NCBI GenBank assembly: GCA_002371705.1
Contig: DFGI01000019.1
Coordinates: 17,181 to 81,180 of the forward strand
Source of the DNA: Bacteroidales bacterium UBA3754
Lineage (GTDB): Bacteria > Bacteroidota > Bacteroidia > Bacteroidales > UBA1715
DNA: 64,000 nt
Direction of reading: 5' to 3'
In this document: piece by piece, positions 26,748 to 34,773 of the stretch
Numbering within the stretch: the first letter of the stretch is position 1
How the letters are laid out: each line of letters starts with the position of its first letter
Program-made: the position numbers and the translations under genes
The notes under the pieces: model-generated
What the model was told of the DNA's origin: nothing
The model's input: the letters and a program-made list of their open reading frames with translations, nothing else
Database searches by the model: none

Positions 26748-26755
26748 CAAAAATA
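26748..26755 (-). promoter_or_regulatory. -7 box TATTTTTG for tRNA-Glu
   Basis: Reverse complement of caaaaata, 11 nt upstream of the mature tRNA 5' end. tRNA-Pro has the identical box at the identical spacing. Confidence 0.6.
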
Positions 26756-26847
26756 AGAAGTTGTTTTTATTTTCCAAAGAATTTCCAATAATTGACTTAA
26801 TGCATCGAAGAATCAGAGAATGACATTTTTATCCATAACCATCAATT

Positions 26848-26926
26848 ATCGGCTCAAATATATGAAAAATCGGCTCAAATTTGTGCTGTTTTCTGAGCCG
26901 ATTTTATGTAAAAATGAGCCGATTTT
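26848..26926. repeat. Dyad-symmetric array of four AAAATCGGCTCA sites (two direct, two inverted, 21-bp phasing)
   Basis: atcggctcaaat occurs at 26848-26859 and 26869-26880. tgagccgatttt occurs at 26894-26905 and 26915-26926. Both pairs share one symmetry centre at 26885.5. The spacers between the sites are not complementary. Confidence 0.85.
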
Positions 26927-27274
26927 GTGTAAATATGCCAAATGCTATTTTGACAAAGTCAAATCAATATCTTCCTTTTTTCAAATTCATTAATTACATC
27001 TGGATACTGTTCCAATTCTAATTTATACTCATTGTATATACTTAACCCGTTGTGCATTATTATAAAAACAAAAATTAACCACAAATTTTCCCATCTTTTC
27101 TGTTACTTTCTGTCAACAGCGACAGAAAGTATCCAAAGAACGCCGGCGACGCTGCCTTCTCACTTTATCTGTCCTTTGTACAACAGTCATCCCGAACGAA
27201 GTGAGGGATCTCATTCCGTTTCTATTTTTAATGTTCTATATTTTCCCAAATGTTAAAAACAGTCTGCAGATGAA

Positions 27275-29011
27275 TTATTTGCGGCCAAAGGCCCGTTCGA
27301 GGTCTTGTGATACATTAATCATAAAGTCACCCATATGCTCATACTCATTGACAATATCCATATAGTAAACACTTGTCTGATAGTTGTTGCCATCGTTTTC
27401 AATATCTTCGATGACCGCGTCACGAAGATTATTTCGCAAAGCATTGAGATGATCCTCTGCGCTATAAGCATTTGCAATATCGACAAGTTCACCCTTATGA
27501 GCCGAAGTCAGATTCTCAATCATAACATCGTACGCCGCACTTACGGCACCAGCCATTAAGTTTAGATTCTTCAGCGCCTCTTTATTAAAACGTTTATTAT
27601 GTATATTCTTTCTTGACAGGATACGGCTGATTGCCTCGCCCGAATCTCCCAAAGACTCTAATTCACCAATAATCTTATACATAGCCTTTATCTTGATGGA
27701 AGTGTTTTCGCTGATCTCCTCGGCTGATACACCGTTGAGGAATGTCGCTATCTCATACTCGATGCGGTCGGAAATCTCTTCATACTTCACAAGTTTCTTT
27801 CTCAACTCTTCGAATTTGTCAGTATCGGCCTCATTAATTGCATTTTGAGCATAAACAGCACCATTCTTTGAGATTTGTGCGAAATGGATAATCTCGTTAA
27901 ATGCCTGCTCTATCAACAACTCAGGAGTAGCCAGAGTGCCTGCCGAGATGTATTGTAAGCGGGACACCTCCTTATCCTGATTTTTCGGAGCAGGTATAAT
28001 CCAACTCACAAACATAGCTATCTGCTTGGTAAACCAAATCAGCAATAACGTATTGGTCAAATTAAATAGCGTATGTAGCATTGATAGACCATATAGTGCA
28101 GCAGTCCCTTCCGCCGCATTTGAGTCTGTTACCATAAATCCATCTGCGGCGGGATTGGGCAGGCCGAACACGGTTTCTGTCACAAGTCCAACCAATTGTA
28201 AAAAGGGTTTAAAGAGCATCAATACCCAAAGAACACCAAATACATTAAATATGGTATGTGACATTGCCGCACGCTTTGCCTGTGTATTTCCGACCGATGC
28301 GGCTATGTTTGCAGTGATAGTAGTACCGATATTCTCACCCAACACCATAGCACACGCCATCTGAAACGGTATCCATCCCATACTAAGCATAATAAGCGTA
28401 ATAGCCATCGTTGCCGATGAGGATTGCAGTATGAGGGTTAATACCGTACCGAAGAGAAGAAACAGAAGTACAGACCCAAATCCGTGCGAAGACCACGTGC
28501 TGACAAACTCCAGTACCTGCGGTGTTTCTCGCAAGTCAGGCACCGAATCTTTCATAAATGAAAGACCAAGAAACAAGAGGCTGAAGCCAACGATTAGTTC
28601 TCCTATATTCTTGCGTTGGTCTTTTTTGGAGTTAGAAAAGAGAAATCCCAGCAACATTAAAGGTACGGCTAAAACAGAGATGTCGGCCTTGAAGCCCAGC
28701 CACGAAACCATCCAAGCCGTTACTGTTGTGCCAATATTGGCTCCCATAATCACCCCTATTACCTGAGTAAGGGTTAGAAGTCCTGCATTAACAAAACTAA
28801 CAGCCATCACAGTGGTTGCCGATGAAGACTGAATAATAGTAGTTATGCCCAATCCTGTCATCACTCCCTTAAAGGAATTTGATGTCATGGCAGACAGGAA
28901 TCCTCTTAACCTTTCGCCTGCGGCCTTTTGCAAACCCGAACTCATCGTGTTCATTCCGTAAAGGAACATGCCTAATGCTCCTAATAATGTAAAGATTTGT
29001 AATATACCCAT
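27275..29011 (-). CDS. Na+/phosphate cotransporter family protein (NptA-like with PhoU-like C-terminal domain)
   Basis: 578 aa. Duplicated QSSSAT motifs (IIQSSSATTVM and ILQSSSATMAI) lie in TM hairpins, followed by a helical PhoU-like tail. Confidence 0.9.
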   Translation of the reverse strand: MGILQIFTLLGALGMFLYGMNTMSSGLQKAAGERLRGFLSAMTSNSFKGVMTGLGITTIIQSSSATTVMAVSFVNAGLLTLTQVIGVIMGANIGTTVTAWMVSWLGFKADISVLAVPLMLLGFLFSNSKKDQRKNIGELIVGFSLLFLGLSFMKDSVPDLRETPQVLEFVSTWSSHGFGSVLLFLLFGTVLTLILQSSSATMAITLIMLSMGWIPFQMACAMVLGENIGTTITANIAASVGNTQAKRAAMSHTIFNVFGVLWVLMLFKPFLQLVGLVTETVFGLPNPAADGFMVTDSNAAEGTAALYGLSMLHTLFNLTNTLLLIWFTKQIAMFVSWIIPAPKNQDKEVSRLQYISAGTLATPELLIEQAFNEIIHFAQISKNGAVYAQNAINEADTDKFEELRKKLVKYEEISDRIEYEIATFLNGVSAEEISENTSIKIKAMYKIIGELESLGDSGEAISRILSRKNIHNKRFNKEALKNLNLMAGAVSAAYDVMIENLTSAHKGELVDIANAYSAEDHLNALRNNLRDAVIEDIENDGNNYQTSVYYMDIVNEYEHMGDFMINVSQDLERAFGRK

Positions 29012-29050
29012 AAAATGTATAATTTTTCAATTGTAAAGTAATCGCAAGAT

Positions 29051-29069
29051 TGTTTCATGAATGTTTCAT
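29051..29069. promoter_or_regulatory. Pho-box-like direct repeat TGTTTCAT-GAA-TGTTTCAT (11-bp period)
   Basis: The 8-mer occurs twice, at 29051-29058 and 29062-29069, in the divergent intergenic region. It lies 40-58 bp upstream of the Na/Pi transporter ATG and about 90 bp upstream of the response-regulator gene. Confidence 0.45.
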
Positions 29070-29138
29070 AACTATTAGGCTTTGATTAAATTCTACTACA
29101 ATCTCGTTTCGGGTGCTCTGCTATTCGCCAAAACGATG

Positions 29139-29146
29139 TAATTTTG
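29139..29146 (+). promoter_or_regulatory. -7 box TAATTTTG for the two-component operon
   Basis: Matches TAnnTTTG. The candidate ATGs at 29159 and 29171 lie 12 and 24 nt downstream. Confidence 0.5.
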
Positions 29147-29158
29147 CGGAGTAATTAT

Positions 29159-29869
29159 ATGATAGATATTATGGCAACAAATCGTATATTGATAGTGGAT
29201 GACGAAGAGACCTTGTGTGAGGTTCTGAAACTAAATCTTGAAAATGAGGGCTATGACGTAGATACTGCTTTCAGTTCAGAGCAGGCACTTGGCTATAATC
29301 TGAAAGAATACTCGCTTATCCTGCTTGATATTATGATGGGAGAGATTAGCGGTATAAAGATGGCAAAGATGCTGAAAGCCGATGTTGAAACGGCCGATAT
29401 ACCCATCATATTCTGTACTGCTCGCGACACAGAGGATGATATGATTATGGGGCTTAACCTTGGTGCCGATGACTATATTATGAAACCCTACACCGTTCGC
29501 AATGTCGTTGCCCGTGTCAAGAGTGTACTGCGCCGCACATCATCAAACAAAGTAGCGACCACTATCGTCGAAAAGCCTAATGTTCTGCAAGTGGACGGTT
29601 TGAAACTTGATCTTGAATTTAAGCGTTGCACGGTTGATGGCGAGGAGGTAAAACTCACTCGCAAGGAGTTTGAACTGCTGGTATATTTAGTGTCGCATCG
29701 TGGAAAAATCTGTTCGCGCGAACAGATACTAAGCCGTGTATGGAGCGACGAGGTGGTCGTATTAGACCGCACTATTGATGTCAATATCACCCGCATACGC
29801 TCGAAGATTGGAGCCTATGGCTCGTACATTGTAACCCGTTCAGGTTTTGGCTATGGCTTCCGAGATTAA
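29159..29869 (+). CDS. OmpR/PhoB-family response regulator
   Basis: Receiver domain (ILIVDDEE...LLDIMM...) plus a winged-helix output domain (LTRKEFELLVYL...VWSDEVVVLDRTIDVNITRIRSKI...GFGYGF). The start could instead be the ATG at 29171; the track start is a TTG. Confidence 0.9.
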   Translation: MIDIMATNRILIVDDEETLCEVLKLNLENEGYDVDTAFSSEQALGYNLKEYSLILLDIMMGEISGIKMAKMLKADVETADIPIIFCTARDTEDDMIMGLNLGADDYIMKPYTVRNVVARVKSVLRRTSSNKVATTIVEKPNVLQVDGLKLDLEFKRCTVDGEEVKLTRKEFELLVYLVSHRGKICSREQILSRVWSDEVVVLDRTIDVNITRIRSKIGAYGSYIVTRSGFGYGFRD

Positions 29870-29870
29870 A

Positions 29871-31151
29871 ATGTCGTTTCACAAACGGTTGTTTCTGATG
29901 TTGCTCACATTTTCGTGGGCGATTGTTCTCTGTTTTATCGGATACCAATACCTACGTGAGAAAGAGTATAAATTGGAGTTCTTGAATGTTCAACTGCAAC
30001 AATACAACCATCATTTGCTCGAAACCATAGAGGATGGACTGTCATATGAGGATTTTATCACAACGCACGACAAACCCTTTGATGAGCTCAGAATCTCGAT
30101 TGTCACACTCTCGGGTACTGTGGTTTATGATAATACTATATCGCTCGATTCGCTTGATAACCACCGTAATCGCCCCGAGGTGATAGATGCTTTGGCAAAA
30201 GGCGAGGGGTATAACATCAGCCGACACTCGTCAAGCGATGGGCGTGAATATTTCTACTCTGCTACAAGAGGGGAACGAGTCGTTGTCCGCACAGCCATTC
30301 CATACTCCAACACTCTGCGAGACCTGTTAGCAACCGATTGGTCATTTCTTATTGTGATGATTTCTATTAGTCTTGCAATGAGCATAGTGGCATACTTTAC
30401 CACTCGTAAGCTCGGCAAAGATATTGAACGTGTAAATCGCTACGAGTCCGAACAAGAGAGAAATCGCCTGAAACGACAGCTCACAAATAATATTAACCAC
30501 GAGTTGAAAACACCGGTAGCATCTATTCAAGTATGCCTTGAAACATTGCTGTCAGGGATTGCATTGAGCGAGGAAAAACGGCAGAAACTTATCGAGAGAT
30601 GCTATGCCCACAACGACCGCTTACGCCGACTGCTTAATGATGTGTCGCTTATTACCCGAATGGAGGACGGGAGTGCACTTATCAACCGCAAAAAAGTGGT
30701 AATCAACGAGATAATAGATGAGATTGCAGAGGAGCTGGCTGTAATGCCCGAAGATGAACGCCTGAAGCTCCATACGGATTTTGGAGAGGAGGTTGTCGTG
30801 GATGGCAACCCTTCGTTAATTGGCTCTATCTTCCGCAATCTAACCGAAAATGCGATTGCCTACTCCGAGGGTAAAAATATCTATATTTCACTGCTTGAAA
30901 ACTCCGAGAAGGCATGCCACATCCGCTTTGAGGATGATGGCAAGGGTGTTGAGCCAAAACATCTGCCACACCTCTTTGAACGATTCTACCGCGTGGACAA
31001 GGGGCGCTCCCGCCAAAAGGGGGGCACAGGTCTCGGTCTTGCAATCGTAAAACATGCCGTTCAGTTCCACGGCGGCACAATCACCGCAACAAACCGCCCC
31101 AATGGCGGATTGAGGCTTGATTTTACCCTAAGCAAACACAATATAGCATAA
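29871..31151 (+). CDS. Sensor histidine kinase (PhoR-like partner)
   Basis: Two TM helices. H-box NNINHELKTPVASI, N-box FRNLTENAIAYS and G-box GGTGLGLAIVKH. The ATG at 29871 lies 1 nt after the regulator stop. Confidence 0.9.
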   Translation: MSFHKRLFLMLLTFSWAIVLCFIGYQYLREKEYKLEFLNVQLQQYNHHLLETIEDGLSYEDFITTHDKPFDELRISIVTLSGTVVYDNTISLDSLDNHRNRPEVIDALAKGEGYNISRHSSSDGREYFYSATRGERVVVRTAIPYSNTLRDLLATDWSFLIVMISISLAMSIVAYFTTRKLGKDIERVNRYESEQERNRLKRQLTNNINHELKTPVASIQVCLETLLSGIALSEEKRQKLIERCYAHNDRLRRLLNDVSLITRMEDGSALINRKKVVINEIIDEIAEELAVMPEDERLKLHTDFGEEVVVDGNPSLIGSIFRNLTENAIAYSEGKNIYISLLENSEKACHIRFEDDGKGVEPKHLPHLFERFYRVDKGRSRQKGGTGLGLAIVKHAVQFHGGTITATNRPNGGLRLDFTLSKHNIA

Positions 31152-31237
31152 GTCATAATATAGCAATGGCGACCGTATTAAGTGATCGCCAATGCTGTTT
31201 TTATATAAATTCCGTATTTCGTTCAGAAATAAATCGA

Positions 31238-31573
31238 TTATTTCTTTTTCGTTTTCTTCGCCGTCACGGTTGCCGATTTCAAACGATACTGGGCAACTTT
31301 TGAATTAAGTTTTCCCGTAGATTTGTCGTGAAGCAAAAGACGACTGATTTCGGCTGGTGTGTATGCATTGTGTTCGAAGAAGATTGCAGTCGGTTGCATC
31401 TTTGTCACCGTGCAATAAAATTCTTCAACGACGATATGCTCCTGCATTTCCCAAACCTGCCATTTGATGCGGCACTGCGACGGTTCAACGAGGAAATCTG
31501 CAATGGAATTATTTCCTACGTAAATGAGTTTTTTGATGAGGTTCGTGCCGTTCCAAAATATGACTGATTTCAT
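31238..31573 (-). CDS. Hypothetical protein (111 aa, basic C-terminal tail)
   Basis: An isolated ORF with a Lys-rich tail ...TAKKTKKK. I recognise no family. Confidence 0.45.
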   Translation of the reverse strand: MKSVIFWNGTNLIKKLIYVGNNSIADFLVEPSQCRIKWQVWEMQEHIVVEEFYCTVTKMQPTAIFFEHNAYTPAEISRLLLHDKSTGKLNSKVAQYRLKSATVTAKKTKKK

Positions 31574-31668
31574 TCCAGATCTTTTGGCAAGGTATTTGTA
31601 TATACGTTTTGTGTTTTGATTGTAACATTTTTATTTCGTTATTTGTCTAATAATTAAATTTCTGAACT

Positions 31669-32100
31669 ATGAAACGTATTTTTTTAGCAGTAGTGTTTGC
31701 AAGCATACTTCCATTTGTATCGTTCGCACAGTGGGGCGACCCAGAAGGTAACAAACAGTTGAGCGCAAGTGATTTGAAAGCTCCAGTAATTACATGGGAC
31801 AAAGATTCATATAATTTCGGCGAAATTCCACAAGGCATCCCTGTTGATGTGGTGTTTGAATTCACTAACACGGGCAATGCGCCGCTTATCATTTCCAAAG
31901 TGGAACCTGCCTGCAACTGCACCGACGCGGTGTGGCCAAAAACTCCAATTATGCCGGGACAACGTGGCGAAATTGGCGTGACATTCGATGCCGCTACGGG
32001 CGGAAAATTCTCTAAAACCGCAGTTGTGACTTCTAATGCGAAACCAACCGAACAAACATTAGTATTTACAGGAACTGTGGTGTCAAAACCAAAGAAATAA
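31669..32100 (+). CDS. DUF1573-like secreted protein
   Basis: A signal peptide, then FGEIPQG..V...FEFTNTGNAPLIISKVEPACNCT, the N.G..PL.I..V...C.CT motif I associate with DUF1573. Confidence 0.7.
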   Translation: MKRIFLAVVFASILPFVSFAQWGDPEGNKQLSASDLKAPVITWDKDSYNFGEIPQGIPVDVVFEFTNTGNAPLIISKVEPACNCTDAVWPKTPIMPGQRGEIGVTFDAATGGKFSKTAVVTSNAKPTEQTLVFTGTVVSKPKK

Positions 32101-32150
32101 CGCTAAATCACACAAACCTGCGTTTCCCTATGCGTAGGTGTCTTTTTGAA

Positions 32151-32188
32151 AATAGACAAACTTCTTTTGAGGTTTGTCTATTTTTTTT
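32151..32188 (+). terminator. Intrinsic terminator
   Basis: AATAGACAAAC, 9-nt loop, GTTTGTCTATT, then TTTTTTT. Confidence 0.75.
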
Positions 32189-32198
32189 CAGAAATTCG

Positions 32199-32206
32199 TA
32201 CTTTTG
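32199..32206 (+). promoter_or_regulatory. -7 box TACTTTTG
   Basis: Lies 21 nt upstream of the ATG at 32228. Confidence 0.5.
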
Positions 32207-32227
32207 ACAATCTAATATCTTAACAGT

Positions 32228-33589
32228 ATGAATTTACGACAGAATTTTCCAATTGTTTTGTTTTTGGCAACTTATATGTTTTTTGGCTGTGATAAGGATA
32301 ACGGCTGTGTCGAGCCAACAGAAATCAAAGAAATACAGTGTGAGCCACACGAAATCACAATTGCGTACGAAGGTACGCAGTACGTTGAGTACACGGTTTC
32401 CCCTGCAGATGCTGATATTAAAGATGTGCGATGGGTGTTTGCGGATTCAACCATTGCGAAAGCCATTAACGAGAACACCATATTTGGTATGAAGGCGGGC
32501 GAAACGTGGGGTTATCTTGTAAGTTGCAATAATACAGACGTTAAAGATTCTGTGCACATCACTGTATTGGAAAAACAGTTCCGTTCCATTCCTGTTGACG
32601 ATGCAAATATCCATTATGAAGGTCGAGTGGTTGCTTCGGCAAACGAGGTTGCTTTCTTTTATCCAGGTTCGTCTATCTCGGTTGATTTTACGGGAACAAC
32701 GCTGTATGCGAAGCTGAGCCAAGGCGACATTTTTTATTGGGTTGAAATTGACGACCAAGAACCGTACAAACTTGCAATGAACTCAAAGGCCAATTGGGTG
32801 AAAAGCAACATTTTCCGTATTGCTGAAGGACTGGGAAATGGCACGCACACTGCAAAAATCACATTGTGCAGCGAGGCAATTCTGAAAAATGCGCGTTTCT
32901 ACGGTTTTGAAATTGACGAAACTGCCGAAGTGAAAAAACCAGCTGAAAAACCATTGAAGTTTGAGTTTATAGGAAATTCAATCACTTGCGGCTATGGAAC
33001 CGAAGCAAAATCACACGAGGAACATTTTAGTGATGCAACATCAAATTTCTGCCAATCGTTCGCATACGCAACGGCTACAGAATTCAATGCGGAAATTATG
33101 GTGGTTGCCCGTTCTGGAATTGGCGTGTATCGTAACTACGGTGATAAAGCAGAATTTGGTTCTATGCCAGATAATTACGAAAAAACGTGGCTGACTAACA
33201 ATACAGCCTGGGATTTTTCTGCATATACGCCCGATGTGGTGTTTATCAATTTAGGCACAAACGATGCGTGGAAAATGGAGACCCTCGATTCCACTAAATT
33301 CGATAATGAATACAGAAAATTGCTGAACAGTGTAACAACGCATTATCCACATGCAAAGGTTGTTTTGCTTACTGGCAGTATGTTGAGCGCGGACCAACTG
33401 AAAGTATTAAAACCAATTATTGACAATCTTGCCGCCGACTACAATACCGATGAACATCCATTCTATCGATTCCATTTCAATGCAGTGGCTGGCGACGGCG
33501 CTGATTGGCATCCGAATGCAAAACAGCAGGCAACAATGGGAAGAAATCTTATTTCGTTTTTGCAGAGAAATGGAATTGTGACGAAGTAA
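32228..33589 (+). CDS. Lipoprotein CE2-like SGNH esterase with an extra N-terminal Ig-like (Big_2-like) domain
   Basis: Lipobox FFGC-DKDNG. The C-terminal roughly 340 aa is collinear with 7246-8373 at about 60% identity by eye: FEFIGNSITCGYGTE, MVVARSGIG.YRNYG, FINLGTND, DWHP. Confidence 0.75.
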   Translation: MNLRQNFPIVLFLATYMFFGCDKDNGCVEPTEIKEIQCEPHEITIAYEGTQYVEYTVSPADADIKDVRWVFADSTIAKAINENTIFGMKAGETWGYLVSCNNTDVKDSVHITVLEKQFRSIPVDDANIHYEGRVVASANEVAFFYPGSSISVDFTGTTLYAKLSQGDIFYWVEIDDQEPYKLAMNSKANWVKSNIFRIAEGLGNGTHTAKITLCSEAILKNARFYGFEIDETAEVKKPAEKPLKFEFIGNSITCGYGTEAKSHEEHFSDATSNFCQSFAYATATEFNAEIMVVARSGIGVYRNYGDKAEFGSMPDNYEKTWLTNNTAWDFSAYTPDVVFINLGTNDAWKMETLDSTKFDNEYRKLLNSVTTHYPHAKVVLLTGSMLSADQLKVLKPIIDNLAADYNTDEHPFYRFHFNAVAGDGADWHPNAKQQATMGRNLISFLQRNGIVTK

Positions 33590-33602
33590 GATTTCAAGAT
33601 TT

Positions 33603-33610
33603 TACTTTTG
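33603..33610 (+). promoter_or_regulatory. -7 box TACTTTTG
   Basis: Lies 36 nt upstream of the ATG at 33647. The track's TTG start at 33608 falls inside this box, so I reject that start. Confidence 0.5.
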
Positions 33611-33646
33611 TGTCCATTCAAAGATTGTCGTGGAAAATTTAGAATT

Positions 33647-34633
33647 ATGAATAACTCATTTAAAATTGGCATCCTTGGTGCTGGTTGGATAGCAGGGAAA
33701 ATGGCAGAAACGGTTTCCGCAATGGATGGCTACGAAATTTCCGCAGTTGCGTCGCGCTCTATTGAAAAAGCCCGCGATTTTGCCAACAAGTGGAATATTA
33801 AAAATGCATACGGCTCTTATGAGGCGTTGGTTTCCGACAACGATATAGATTTAGTTTACGTGGCTACGCCGCATTCGCATCATTTTCAGCACGCAAAACT
33901 TGCCGTTGAACAAGGAAAACCTTGTCTTGTGGAAAAAGCTTTTACGGCAAATGCCCATGAAGCAAAACAGTTGTTGGATTTTGCCGAGAAAAACGGCGTG
34001 TTTGTAACTGAAGCCATTTGGACACGCTATATGCCTCTGTCACATAAAATTAAGGAACTTATTGATGGTGGGGCGATTGGGGAACCTCGTCTGCTTTCAG
34101 CTTCGCTGTGTTATCCGTTGGAAGACAAAGAACGTCTCCTCAGCCCTGCATTGTGCGGCGGAGCGTTGCTTGATGTGGGTGTGTATGTGTTGAATTTTGC
34201 CCGTATGTATTTTGGTAACGATGTGGTTAAGACAGTGACTAATTGTCAATTAGGAGTAACGGGAATGGATATGCAGGAATGTATTTCGTTGAGTTATGCC
34301 GATGGCAAGATGGCGAATTTGCAGGCTGGCGCGCGCTGTCTCAACGACCGTCAGGGGATAATCAGCGGTACCGAGGGCTACATACGGGTTGACAATGTGA
34401 ATTGTCCCGAAGTGGTTGAGGTTTATCGTAACTACGCACTTGTGGAAACGTACAGAAAGCCGTCAGATATGATTTCGGGTTACGAATATCAGGTGATGGA
34501 AAGTCGCCGCTGCATAGAGGCAGGTCTGCTTGAATCGCCGATGATGCCACACGCCGAAACAATTTCCGTTATGCGGCAGATGGATTCGCTTCGCGAAGAG
34601 TGGGGCGTGAAATATCCGATGGATGAGAAGTAA
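33647..34633 (+). CDS. Gfo/Idh/MocA-family NAD(P)-dependent oxidoreductase
   Basis: Rossmann start MNNSFKIGILGAGWIAGKM and the ...EKAF... motif (PCLVEKAFTANAHEAKQL). Confidence 0.85.
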   Translation: MNNSFKIGILGAGWIAGKMAETVSAMDGYEISAVASRSIEKARDFANKWNIKNAYGSYEALVSDNDIDLVYVATPHSHHFQHAKLAVEQGKPCLVEKAFTANAHEAKQLLDFAEKNGVFVTEAIWTRYMPLSHKIKELIDGGAIGEPRLLSASLCYPLEDKERLLSPALCGGALLDVGVYVLNFARMYFGNDVVKTVTNCQLGVTGMDMQECISLSYADGKMANLQAGARCLNDRQGIISGTEGYIRVDNVNCPEVVEVYRNYALVETYRKPSDMISGYEYQVMESRRCIEAGLLESPMMPHAETISVMRQMDSLREEWGVKYPMDEK

Positions 34634-34678
34634 TTACATAAAAAAAGACGAAACCGTTTGTAATTTCGTCTTTCGCTG

Positions 34679-34753
34679 TCGGGGTAACAGGATTCGAACC
34701 TGTGACCTCTTGGTCCCAAACCAAGCATACTAACCGGACTGTACTATACCCCG
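34679..34753 (-). tRNA. tRNA-Pro (anticodon TGG)
   Basis: The reverse complement is CGGGGTATAGTACAGTCCGGTTAGTATGCTTGGTTTGGGACCAAGAGGTCACAGGTTCGAATCCTGTTACCCCGA. Acceptor stem CGGGGTA/TACCCCG, anticodon stem CTTGG/CCAAG with loop TT-TGG-GA, and T-loop TTCGAAT. Confidence 0.92.
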
Positions 34754-34764
34754 AAAAAGCGTTG

Positions 34765-34772
34765 CAAAAATA
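34765..34772 (-). promoter_or_regulatory. -7 box TATTTTTG for tRNA-Pro
   Basis: Reverse complement of caaaaata, 11 nt upstream of the mature 5' end. Confidence 0.6.
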
Positions 34773-34773
34773 A

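Noticed and set aside
26848-26926. Whether the four phased 12-bp repeats could be a miniature CRISPR array or a tandem repeat.
   Set aside because: There are only four copies, and two of them are inverted relative to the other two. The repeats are 12 bp with 9-13-bp spacers. This is incompatible with CRISPR architecture, so I report it as a dyad-symmetric binding-site-like array instead.
27032-27256. A 74-aa plus-strand ORF in the large gap downstream of the Na/Pi transporter gene.
   Set aside because: It has low-complexity, Cys/His/Phe-rich composition and spans a hairpin and a GC-rich patch (...HPERSEGSH...) that looks like a translated non-coding element. No promoter box sits at a sensible distance. 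It is not supported as coding.
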